Below, piece after piece: positions 1 to 9,400 of a stretch of 34,071 nt of DNA; the first letter of the stretch is position 1; the number at the start of each line of letters is the position of its first letter. Source of the stretch: Burkholderiales bacterium (lineage in GTDB: Bacteria; Pseudomonadota; Gammaproteobacteria; Burkholderiales; Ga0077523); contig JAHCKV010000002.1 of assembly GCA_026125595.1 (NCBI GenBank), positions 1 to 34,071 of the forward strand, read 5' to 3'. The position numbers and the translations under genes were made by a program. The notes beneath the pieces are model-generated. The model searched no databases. It was not told the origin of the DNA and saw only the letters and a program-made list of their open reading frames with translations.

Positions 1-3000
1 GGATCGCCAGCATCGCGACGATCGCGTCGGGCGAGCGCTCCGCCCACAACCCGACCAGCGCCCCTCGGCCCACGTCCGCCGCGCGCAGCAGGTGCGCCAG
101 TCGGTTCGACCGGCGATCGAGTTCACGATAGGTGCATCGCCAGTCGCCGTGGACGACGGCAACGGCATCCGGCGTGGCGGCGACCTGCTGCGCGAACGCC
201 CCGTGCACGGTGTCGGAAACGGGCGGTTGTGCGGGTCCCGTGCCCCATGCGTCGAGCTGCTGCATTTCGTCGGCGCCCAGCATTGCCAGTTCGGCGATGC
301 GCCGCTGCGGGTGCGCGACCATCTGCCGCAACAGCCGCCGATAGTGACCCGCCATCCGCGCAATGGTCGCCGGCTCGAACCGGTCGGCACGGTACTCGAA
401 CACGCCATGCAATCCGTCACCGGTCTCACGGAACGACAGCGACAGATCGAACTTCGCGGCGGCCGTGGTGAACGGCAGCGCCGACCATTGCAGATCGTCG
501 ATCGCAATCATCGGCGGTGGCGTGTTCTGCAGCGCGAACAGCACCTGGAACAGCGGTGACCGACCGGTCCCGCGCACCACCGGCAACGCGTCGATCACCT
601 GCTCGAACGGTACATCCTGGTGCTCATAGGCGCCCAGCGTCATCCGGCGCACGCGCGCCAGCAACGCATCGACCGGCGGATTGCCGCCGAGATCGGTCCG
701 CAGCACGAGCGTGTTGACGAACATGCCGATCAGTCCTTCGAGGTCCGCGCGGCGCCGATTGGCGATCGGCGTGCCGACCGCGATGTCCGTACCGTCGCAC
801 CAGCGGGACAACAGCACGTCGAAACCGGCCAGCAACGTCATGAACAGCGTTGCGCCGTGTTGCCGGCCCAGGTGATGCAGCGAAGCGGTCTGCGCTGCAT
901 CCAGACGAAACTCGAAGCGCGCGCCGCGCGGCGTTTCGTCGGCATTACCACGATCGGTCGGCAGCGCCAACGCGGGCGGCAGATCCCGCAGCTGGGCGCG
1001 CCAGTAGTCGAGATCCGGCTGGAAATCGAGGGTCCGCTGCCACGCCGCGAAATCGGCGTACTGCACGCCGAGGGGCGGCACGGCAGCGACGGGCTGGTCG
1101 GTGTCCGCCTGATAGAACGTCGCCCACTCGCGCACCAGCACGCCGATGGACCAGTCGTCCGCGACGATGTGATGCAGCACCAGCACCAGCACGTGGTCGT
1201 CATCGGCGGTGCGCAACAGCCGCAGCCGCCACAACGGCGATTGCGCCAGATCGAACGGAAGGCCCACCAGCGTCTGCACCTGCGCATCGATCTGGGCCTG
1301 CCGGTCGATGTCGCCGACCATCCGGACATCGATCACCGGCATGCGCGTCGGCGCCCACGGAGACACTTCGGCGCAGGGGCGACCGTCGACGGCGCGGAAC
1401 ACCGTCCGCAGCGTCTGATGGCGCTGGACGATGCGATCGAAACTGCGTTCGATTCGCGCGACGTCGATCGGCCCCCGCAACCGCAGCACGACCGGAATCG
1501 AATAGGCATTGCTGTCCGGCTCAATTGCGCGATCAACCTGGCGTTGCTGTGCGAACGACGGCAATTCGGCACCGTCGGGCAACGGCGGGATGGTCGTCGC
1601 TGCCTGCCGTGATGTCGTGTCCGCGGCGATGGCCTCGACGAACGCCGCGAGCCGCGATTGTTCGAGCAGCACGCGCAGCAACGTCGATGCCGCACACGTC
1701 GGCCAGCCGCGCCCGACCCCGGTCGCCAGCAGCGAATGTCCGCCCAGCGCGAAGAAGTCGTCCTGCGGGACGACGCGATCGCGGCCGAGCACGTCGGCCC
1801 AGATGCCGGCCACCAGCTCCTGCAGCGGATCGGCCGCGACCTCCGCACCGACGACCGTCGCCGATGTGGCGGACGTCGGCGCCGGCAACGCGCGCCGGTC
1901 GACCTTGCCGTTGGGCGTCAGCGGCATCCGGTCCAGCACCACGATCGCGGCCGGCACCATGGGGGCCGGCAACAGGCCGCGCAGATGTTCACGCAGGCGA
2001 TCGACATCCGGTGCAGCCCCCGCGGCGGACACCACGTAGGCCACCAGTTGCGGATTGTCCGGATCGTCGCGCCGCACGATGGCGACGGCCTGCATGACGT
2101 TCGGGTATCGTCCCAGCGCCGCTTCGATCTCGCCCAGCTCGATCCGGAATCCGCGCAGCTTGATCTGATGATCGCGACGGCCGACGAACGTCAACAGACC
2201 GTCGTCGCGGAAGCGGACGCGATCACCGGTCCGGTACAGACGAGCCGCCGGATCGGTCGAGAACGGGTCCGGCACGAACGCGGCAGCGGTCAGATCGGGC
2301 CGGTTCCAGTAGCCCGCGCTCAGACCCGCACCGCCGATGTACAGCTCGCCGTCCACGCCGATCGGCGCGGGCTGCAGGCGATCGTCCAGCACGTGCAACC
2401 GTGTGTTGGCGATGGCCCCCCCGAACGGCACCGTATCGCCGGTCAGGTGCCGCGGTTCGATGCGCAGCGCGGCCGACCAGATCGTCGTCTCGGTCGGACC
2501 GTACAGATTCCACAGCGCCGCGACCCGGCCGTGCAACCACGTCGCGAGGCCGCGGTCCAGTGCTTCGCCACCACACAACGCCTTCAGTTCGCGCCGGCCG
2601 GCCCAACCGATATCCATCAGCAGGCGCCACGTCGCGGGCGACGCCTGCATCACGCGGATGGCATGGCGGTCGAGCGCAGCGGCCAGTTGCTGCGGATCGC
2701 GCGCAACGCCGCTCGACGCCAGCACCAACCGCGCGCCACGCGCCAGCGGCAGGAACAGTTCGAGCCCGGCGATATCGAAGGACACGGTCGTGACGGCCAG
2801 CAGCCGGTCCTCCGGGTCCAGCCCCGGCGCGACCGCCATCGCATCGATGAAGTTGCGCAGACTGCGGTGGCAGATCGCCACACCCTTGGGTCGCCCCGTG
2901 CTGCCGCTGGTGTAGATCAGATAGGCGAGATCGTCGGATCGCACGTCGATGTGCGGATCCGCATCGCTGCTCGCCGCGATCCGCGCCGCGTCGGCCGTCA

Positions 3001-4756
3001 CGTCGACCACCGGCACATCGCCTGCCGACGCGATGCCGTCCAGCCCCGCCACCAGCAGCCGGTCGAGCCCGGCGTCCGCGACGATGAACGCCAACCGTTC
3101 GGCCGGATAGTCGGGATCCAGCGGCACATAGGCCGCACCCGTCTTCAATACCGCCAGCAATGCGACGACCAGTTCGACCGAGCGCCCCATGCACACGCCG
3201 ACGCGCGCCCCCGGCGCCACGCCTTCGGCCCGCAGGTGCACCGCGAGCCGGTTGGCGCGGGTGTTCAGCTCCGCATAGCTGAGCGCGACGGCAGCGGCAG
3301 CAGATGCTCCCGGCTCGAACACCAGCGCAATCGCATCGCCCCGTGTCCGTGCCTGCGCGGCGAACAGCGCGTGGACCGGTACCGGGTCGACCGCGACCGC
3401 GACGCCGCGTCCCCACTGTTCGAGCGTCGCGCACTCGTTCGCATCCGGTACCGGGACCGACCCGAACGTCATGTCCGGCCGTGTCAAACCGAGCAGGACC
3501 GTCTCGAAATGCCGCAGCAGGCGCTCTGCCGCAGCCGCGTCGATGCGGGCGGTGTCGTGGCGAACGACAATGCGCAACGCGCCGTCGGTCGGCAACACCA
3601 TGATCGCCAGCGGATAGTTCGTGCGCTCGTAGCCGCCGCCATCGGCCAGCGTCAGTGATCCGTCGCCGGTCCCCAGGGCCGCGTCCAAGGACACCGGATA
3701 GTTCTCGAACACCAGTACGCTGTCGAACAGGGGCGTGCCCACGGGCACGTCACTCCAGCGCTGCAGCGCCGTCAGTGCGCAATGGCCGTACTGCTCGCGA
3801 TCGCGTTGCGCCGCCTGCAACGACCGCAACGCGTCGACGACGGAACGCTCGGGATCGACCCGCACCCGCACCGGCACGGTGCTGATGAACAGGCCGACCA
3901 TCCGCTGCGCGCCGGCAAGCGTCGGCGGCCGACCCGAAAGCGTCGCGCCGAACAGCACATCGGACTGACCGCTGTAGCGGGCCAGCAGCAACGCCCACGC
4001 GCCTTGGCACACCGTGTTCAGCGTCAGCCGCGCGCTGCGCGCAAACGCCTGCAATGCGGCGCGCGTCGCCGGCGCCACATCGCGCTGCACTTCGTGGAAC
4101 CGGCCCGGACCGTCGACGACAATCCGGTCGATGCCCAGTGGCGTCGGCGCGTCGAATCCGCGCAAGGTCCCGCGCCAGTACCGTTCGGCCGGCGCCGGGT
4201 CCTGCTGCTGCAGCCAGTCGATGAAATCGCGATAGGGTCGCGTCGGCGGCAGCGACGCCACCGCACCGCGCCGCAGCGCGTCGTAGCACGTCAGCACCTC
4301 GGCGATCAGCACACCGTTGCACCATCCATCCATCAGAAGATGGTGGTAACTCCACACGAACCGATGGCGATTCGGGCCCAGCTGGAACAATGCGCAGCGC
4401 ATCAACGGCGCGGCGTCGAGCGCGAACCCGCGGGCACGATCGGCGGCGAGGAACTGCCGCAGCCGGTCATCGCCACCGTCGGTCTGCCAATCGTCCACGA
4501 CCCAATCCAGCGTCGCGGTGTCGTAGACGACCTGTACCGGTCGATCCACTTCGCGCCAATGGAAGCCGCTGCGCAACACGTCGTGGCGCGCAACGACCTG
4601 CTGCCACGCGGCGCGGAACAATTCGGTGTCGAGCGTTCCCTCCAGCACGCACCAGCGCTGCTCGAAATAGACGCCCTCGCCCGGCGCATACAGCGCGTGG
4701 AACAGCATGCCTTCCTGGGTTGGCGACAGGCCGTAGACGTCGATCGGTGTGGCCAT
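1..4756 (-). CDS. NRPS (3' end outside the window): DCL-type C - A (predicted Gly) - T - C - start of the next A domain
   Basis: ATG 4756 lies 2 nt after the upstream TAA. The frame (codon low coordinate = 2 mod 3) has no ORF-track entry because it has no stop in the window, and no listed minus ORF below 4756 uses this frame. Hand translation gives MATPIDVYGLSPTQEGMLFH... and SYHHLLMDGW (~4321-4345). A ~1890-3400: SFDIAGLELF (2777), VMQASPATW (2648), ALCGGEAL (2576), LWNLYGPTETTIW (2501) and TPNGKVDRR (1904) are all in frame and give the code D I L Q L G L I W K (Gly). T ~1640-1850: FFALGGHSLLAT, Ser codon 1733-1735. Second C ~290-1590: LHHIVADDWS (1148-1174). Third A ~1-250: CTYRELDRRSNRLAHLL...IVAMLAI. 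Confidence 0.85.
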   Translation of the reverse strand, partial: MATPIDVYGLSPTQEGMLFHALYAPGEGVYFEQRWCVLEGTLDTELFRAAWQQVVARHDVLRSGFHWREVDRPVQVVYDTATLDWVVDDWQTDGGDDRLRQFLAADRARGFALDAAPLMRCALFQLGPNRHRFVWSYHHLLMDGWCNGVLIAEVLTCYDALRRGAVASLPPTRPYRDFIDWLQQQDPAPAERYWRGTLRGFDAPTPLGIDRIVVDGPGRFHEVQRDVAPATRAALQAFARSARLTLNTVCQGAWALLLARYSGQSDVLFGATLSGRPPTLAGAQRMVGLFISTVPVRVRVDPERSVVDALRSLQAAQRDREQYGHCALTALQRWSDVPVGTPLFDSVLVFENYPVSLDAALGTGDGSLTLADGGGYERTNYPLAIMVLPTDGALRIVVRHDTARIDAAAAERLLRHFETVLLGLTRPDMTFGSVPVPDANECATLEQWGRGVAVAVDPVPVHALFAAQARTRGDAIALVFEPGASAAAAVALSYAELNTRANRLAVHLRAEGVAPGARVGVCMGRSVELVVALLAVLKTGAAYVPLDPDYPAERLAFIVADAGLDRLLVAGLDGIASAGDVPVVDVTADAARIAASSDADPHIDVRSDDLAYLIYTSGSTGRPKGVAICHRSLRNFIDAMAVAPGLDPEDRLLAVTTVSFDIAGLELFLPLARGARLVLASSGVARDPQQLAAALDRHAIRVMQASPATWRLLMDIGWAGRRELKALCGGEALDRGLATWLHGRVAALWNLYGPTETTIWSAALRIEPRHLTGDTVPFGGAIANTRLHVLDDRLQPAPIGVDGELYIGGAGLSAGYWNRPDLTAAAFVPDPFSTDPAARLYRTGDRVRFRDDGLLTFVGRRDHQIKLRGFRIELGEIEAALGRYPNVMQAVAIVRRDDPDNPQLVAYVVSAAGAAPDVDRLREHLRGLLPAPMVPAAIVVLDRMPLTPNGKVDRRALPAPTSATSATVVGAEVAADPLQELVAGIWADVLGRDRVVPQDDFFALGGHSLLATGVGRGWPTCAASTLLRVLLEQSRLAAFVEAIAADTTSRQAATTIPPLPDGAELPSFAQQRQVDRAIEPDSNAYSIPVVLRLRGPIDVARIERSFDRIVQRHQTLRTVFRAVDGRPCAEVSPWAPTRMPVIDVRMVGDIDRQAQIDAQVQTLVGLPFDLAQSPLWRLRLLRTADDDHVLVLVLHHIVADDWSIGVLVREWATFYQADTDQPVAAVPPLGVQYADFAAWQRTLDFQPDLDYWRAQLRDLPPALALPTDRGNADETPRGARFEFRLDAAQTASLHHLGRQHGATLFMTLLAGFDVLLSRWCDGTDIAVGTPIANRRRADLEGLIGMFVNTLVLRTDLGGNPPVDALLARVRRMTLGAYEHQDVPFEQVIDALPVVRGTGRSPLFQVLFALQNTPPPMIAIDDLQWSALPFTTAAAKFDLSLSFRETGDGLHGVFEYRADRFEPATIARMAGHYRRLLRQMVAHPQRRIAELAMLGADEMQQLDAWGTGPAQPPVSDTVHGAFAQQVAATPDAVAVVHGDWRCTYRELDRRSNRLAHLLRAADVGRGALVGLWAERSPDAIVAMLAI

Positions 4757-4758
4757 GG

Positions 4759-6450
4759 TTACGAATCGCCGGACTTCAATCGCGCCATCAGTTGTCGCAG
4801 CCGCGGATCGGTCGGTTCGGCCGGCGCCGCGGTCGGTCGGGTCGGTGCCCGCGCACGTGACGGTCCGCCGACTGCGATCAACGAGCGCAGATTCGCGACG
4901 CAGCGACGCGCCAGCATGGCGATGGTCGTCGGTTCGAGGACAGCGGGATGATGGCGCCACAGCATCTGCAACTGCCCGTCGCGGACGAATGCCACCACCT
5001 CCAGCGCATGGCCGCGCGCGGCGGCGGGATCGCGTTGCGCCGGCACCGGCTCGGCCGCGAGGCCGCGGATGAAGCCCGTCGCGGGCAGTTCGATGCGCCC
5101 CAGATAGTTGAAACTCACGGTGGCCGGCGACGCCGGCACACGACCCGCCATGCGCAATACGCCGTAGCCGATGCCGGCGTTCGGCACCGCGCCGCGGCAG
5201 GCCTTGACCGCATCCAGCTGGCGCTCGACGGCATCGCGCGGAACCTCGAGGCGCAGCGGATACTGCGCCGTGAACCAGCCGACGGTGCGTGACACGTCGA
5301 GGCGAGCGTCGAAGCCCTGCCGGCCATGGCTTTCGACATCGACGGTCACGGCATCGCCGCGCGTCCACTGACACAAGGTCTGGGCCAGGGCCGTCAGCAG
5401 GATGTCGTCGATGCCGGCCGCGAGCCGCGGCGGTACCGGTCCGAGCAGATCCGCCGTCGCCTCGGCATCCAGCGCGACGGCCGCTTCGACAACGTCGCCC
5501 TCGACCATCCGGGCCGCATCCACCACCCGCAACGGCAACGGAACGGACGGGCGGCACGCGCGAAGCCAGTGGTCGACTTCCGCTTCGAAGCGCGGCCGCT
5601 CGGCGGCCAGGTGCGTCGTCCAGGTGCCGAATCCCGTGCCCTCGGCCCACGCCACCGCCGACCCGCCCCGCAACGTGTCGACATCCCGCACCAGGTCAAG
5701 CAGCAGCACGCGCCACGACACGCCATCGACCACCAGGTGATGGGCGACCAGCAACAGCCGGGCGCCGCGGCTCGTGCCGAGATCGAACAGCACGGCGTGA
5801 AACAGCGGTCCGTCGGTCAGATCGAGGCCCGCTTGCGCAGCCGCGATCGCGGTCCGCAACGCCGCCAGCGGATCCGCCGCCGTCGACAGATCGATCCGTT
5901 GCAGCGGCACCGACACGGCATCGCGATCGGCATGCCATTGCCGCCATTCGCGCCCACCACCGCCGTCGTCGACGGCCTCGAAGCGCAACCGCAATGCGTC
6001 GTGCCGATCCACCAGCGTCTGCAGGGCGGCCCGCAGCCGCTCCGCGTCGAGTGCCGGATCCACGTCGAGCAGCAAACTCTGATTGTGGTGCTGCGGCCTG
6101 CCCGACCCGCGCCCGAGGAATGCCCATTGCATCGGGCTCAACGGCGCCGCCCCGGTGGCCGCCGTCGTCGCATCGGCGTTCGGCAATGTGATCGCCGTCG
6201 CCGCGGCCGCCTGTCCGGCCACCGTCTGATGCTCGAAGATCTGTGCCGGCGTCAGCGCCATGCCGTCGCGATGGGCCTGCGCGACGATCTGCATGCCGGA
6301 TACCGAGTCACCGCCCCGGTCGAAGAAATTGTCGTGGATGCCGATGTCCTGTCGACCGAGCACATCGCGCCAGATCGCCAAAAGTCGTTGCTCGGCGGCG
6401 TTACCCACCGCAGCCCGGTGTCGCCGGGCCGGCAGCACCGGCGCGGGCAA
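4759..6450 (-). CDS. NRPS module, C-terminal segment: T (PCP) - E (epimerization) - short C-terminal tail
   Basis: Frame of ORF 4759..6450 (TTG). It begins ALPAPV, which is the expected continuation of NGKVDRR. T ~6230-6420: NFFDRGGDSVSGMQI (Ser codon 6304-6306; the GGDS form is typical of carriers feeding E domains). E ~4800-6150: LSPMQWAFL, HHNQSLLL, AHHLVVDGVSW (~5715-5745). TAA 4761-4759. Confidence 0.9.
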   Translation of the reverse strand: MPAPVLPARRHRAAVGNAAEQRLLAIWRDVLGRQDIGIHDNFFDRGGDSVSGMQIVAQAHRDGMALTPAQIFEHQTVAGQAAAATAITLPNADATTAATGAAPLSPMQWAFLGRGSGRPQHHNQSLLLDVDPALDAERLRAALQTLVDRHDALRLRFEAVDDGGGGREWRQWHADRDAVSVPLQRIDLSTAADPLAALRTAIAAAQAGLDLTDGPLFHAVLFDLGTSRGARLLLVAHHLVVDGVSWRVLLLDLVRDVDTLRGGSAVAWAEGTGFGTWTTHLAAERPRFEAEVDHWLRACRPSVPLPLRVVDAARMVEGDVVEAAVALDAEATADLLGPVPPRLAAGIDDILLTALAQTLCQWTRGDAVTVDVESHGRQGFDARLDVSRTVGWFTAQYPLRLEVPRDAVERQLDAVKACRGAVPNAGIGYGVLRMAGRVPASPATVSFNYLGRIELPATGFIRGLAAEPVPAQRDPAAARGHALEVVAFVRDGQLQMLWRHHPAVLEPTTIAMLARRCVANLRSLIAVGGPSRARAPTRPTAAPAEPTDPRLRQLMARLKSGDS

Positions 6451-9400
6451 CGCCGCGCCGGTCGACCTTGCCGTTCGCCGTCAGCGCAAACGCGTCCAGC
6501 ACGACGAAATGACCGGGCACCATGTACGGTGGCAGCCACTGCGCGAGTCGTTGCCGGAGCGCCGGCACATCGACCGTCGTACCGTCGACGACACGCAGAT
6601 ACGCCACCAGCGCCGGCGCCGCGCCGACGACGTGCAGCACCACGACCGTTTCGGCGATTTCCGGTTGGCGGCTCAACGCCGCTTCGACTTCGCCGATCTC
6701 GATGCGGTATCCGCGCAACTGCACCTGCTGATCGGCGCGACCGAGATACTCGACGACACCGTCCGATCGGTAGCGGGCCAGATCACCGGTGCGATACATC
6801 ACGCAACCCCGCGCCCCGAACGGATCGGGCACGAAGCGCTCCGCGGTCAGATCGGGACGATGCAGATAGCCCCGTGCCACGCCGGCACCGCCGATGCAGA
6901 TCTCGCCGGTGACACCGACCGGCACCGGTTGCAGATGGCCATCCAGCAGATACAGCGCCGCCCCGGCGATCGGCCGGCCGATCGGAATCGACCCACGATC
7001 GCCGGGCTCGACTTCATGGACGCAGCAGCCGACCACGGTCTCGGTCGGACCGTATTCGTTGAGCAGTGCGATCGCCGGATAGCGGTCGCGCCAGAACGAC
7101 ACGTGGGATTCATTGAGGGCTTCGCCGCCGATCACGAACGCCCGCGGCAGTCGCGCATCCGCCGGCAGCGGCTGCGCTTCCAGCAGCGGTGGCAACGCGG
7201 CGAGATGGGCCGGCGTCAACTTGACGAAGCCGTGGTCGGCGCGCAGCGCCGACGCGAGTCCGACCAGCGACGCGTCGTCGGGCAACAGCATCACGGCGCG
7301 CCCCGCGAGCAGCGGCGCGAACAGCCCCGTGATCGTCGCGTCGAATCCGATCGACGAATGCACGGGCGCGCCCTGCCCCGCCGCCACCGGATAGCGTGCG
7401 AGGCACCAGTCGAGGTAGTGCATCAGGCCGCCGTGGGTCAATTGCGTGCCCTTCGGCGTGCCCGTGGACCCCGACGTGTACAGCACGTAGGCCAGCTGTT
7501 CCGGCCACACGGACCGCGCGATGCGCGTGTCGGCGCAGGCGTCGAGCACGGGACGGTCGCGATCGGGCACCAGCAGCGCAGGCCCTCCATCGGTGCCGGC
7601 ATCGACCGGATAAAGCCGTGCGACCTCGGTCTCGCCGGCGATCAGCACCGCGAGCTGCGCGTCGTCGATCATGAATCGCAGCCGCCGTTCCGGCAGCGCA
7701 GGATCGAGCGGCACGTACGCGGCACCGGCTTTCAGCACGCCGAGCAGCATTGCCAGCAACTGCGGCGTGCGTGGCAGGCAGACACCCACCCGCGATTCGG
7801 CACCCACACCCCGATCGATCAGATGCCGTGCGACGCGGTTGGCCGCAGCGTCGAGATCGCGATAGCTGAGGGCACCGTCGGGAGACGCCGCCGCCCGCGC
7901 ATCCGGCGTGCGGTCGACCTGCCGCTCGAAGCGTTCGACCAGACCTGCCCACCGGGCCGCGGGCGTTCCGGATCCCACCGGCGCCGGACCGCGCTGCCAA
8001 GCGGCGATTCGCGTCCGCTCGGCCTCGGTCAGCAGTGGCAGTGCGCCGACGTGCCGCGCCGGTTCGCGTAGCGCCGCCTCGACCAGCACCGTGAAGTGGT
8101 CGAGCATCCGTTCGATCCGCGCGTCGTCGAACAGGTCGGTGCGGTACTCCACCGCCAGCAGCAGTCCGTCCTCGCGGTCCAGTACATGCCAGCTCATGTC
8201 GAACTTGGTATGCGCCAGCTCGATCCCGTCCTGCGACATGTGCAGACCCGGAAACGCCAGTCCAGGTGCCGCTGCGTTCTGCATCCGGTAGCCATCGCTC
8301 TGGTACTGGAACATCACGTCGAACAGCGGGTTGCGGCCCGGATCGCGCGTGGTGACGACTGCGTCGACGACGTTCGCGAGCGGCAGATCACCGTGATCGA
8401 ATGCGTCGGCGACGGCCCGCTTGACGATATCGAGCCAATCCGTGAACGTCGCAGCGGCGTCGGCCCGCGCGCGGATGACCAGCGTGTTGACGAAGAAGCC
8501 GATCAGATCCGCGGTCTGCGGTCCGGTGCGTCCCGCCACCGGGATTCCCACCGCGATGTCGGAGCGCCCGGTGTAGCGATGCAGCAGCACGTCGAACGCC
8601 GTCAGCAGCAGCATGAATGGCGTCGCGCCGCACTGCACACCGGCCGCACGCAGCAACGGTCGGAGGGTCGAGGGCAAGGTCCGGGTCGCCGTCCGGGCCG
8701 GCTGCTCCATCGCACGGCCGCGGGGCCGGTCCGACGGCAGATCGAGCGGCGTCAGCGCGGCGAGCTGCGTTTTCCAGTAGGCCGTCTGCCGCCGGCATTC
8801 GGCGCTTTCGAGCCATGCCTGCTGATCGCGCACGTAGTCCGAGTACTGGTAGGTCAACGGTATCGCGGTCGTCGCCCGGTCTTCCCGCGCGGCGCGGTAC
8901 CCGGCCGCCAGTTCGCGCAGCAACACACCGCGCGACCATCCATCTGCCACCAGATGGTGCAGCACGAGCACCAGCACATGACGCTCCTCCGCGGTTCGCA
9001 GCAGTTGCGCGCGCACCAGCGGCGCCTGGGTCAGGTCGAACGGCTGCAACGCGTTCTGCCGGATCCGCTCCGCTTCGATTCCGGCCAGTGCCGGTGCGCG
9101 CAGATCGGACACGCCCAGCAGGCAGGCCACATGGGGCAGCACCCGCTGATAGGGCTTTCCATCCCGTGCGAGGAACACCGTGCGCAATGCATCGTGCCGT
9201 TCGACCACCTGTTGCAACGCCTGCTGCAGCGCCGGAACTTCCAGCGGTCCGGTCAGGGTCCACGTCAGTGCGATGTGATACGCGGACGTGTCCGGCTGCA
9301 ACTGATGCACGACCCACAGATGGCGCTGCGCCGCCGACAGCGGCAACTCGCCGGTCGATGCCGTCGATTCACCGGGTGCCGACGGCGGCATCGCGGCGAC

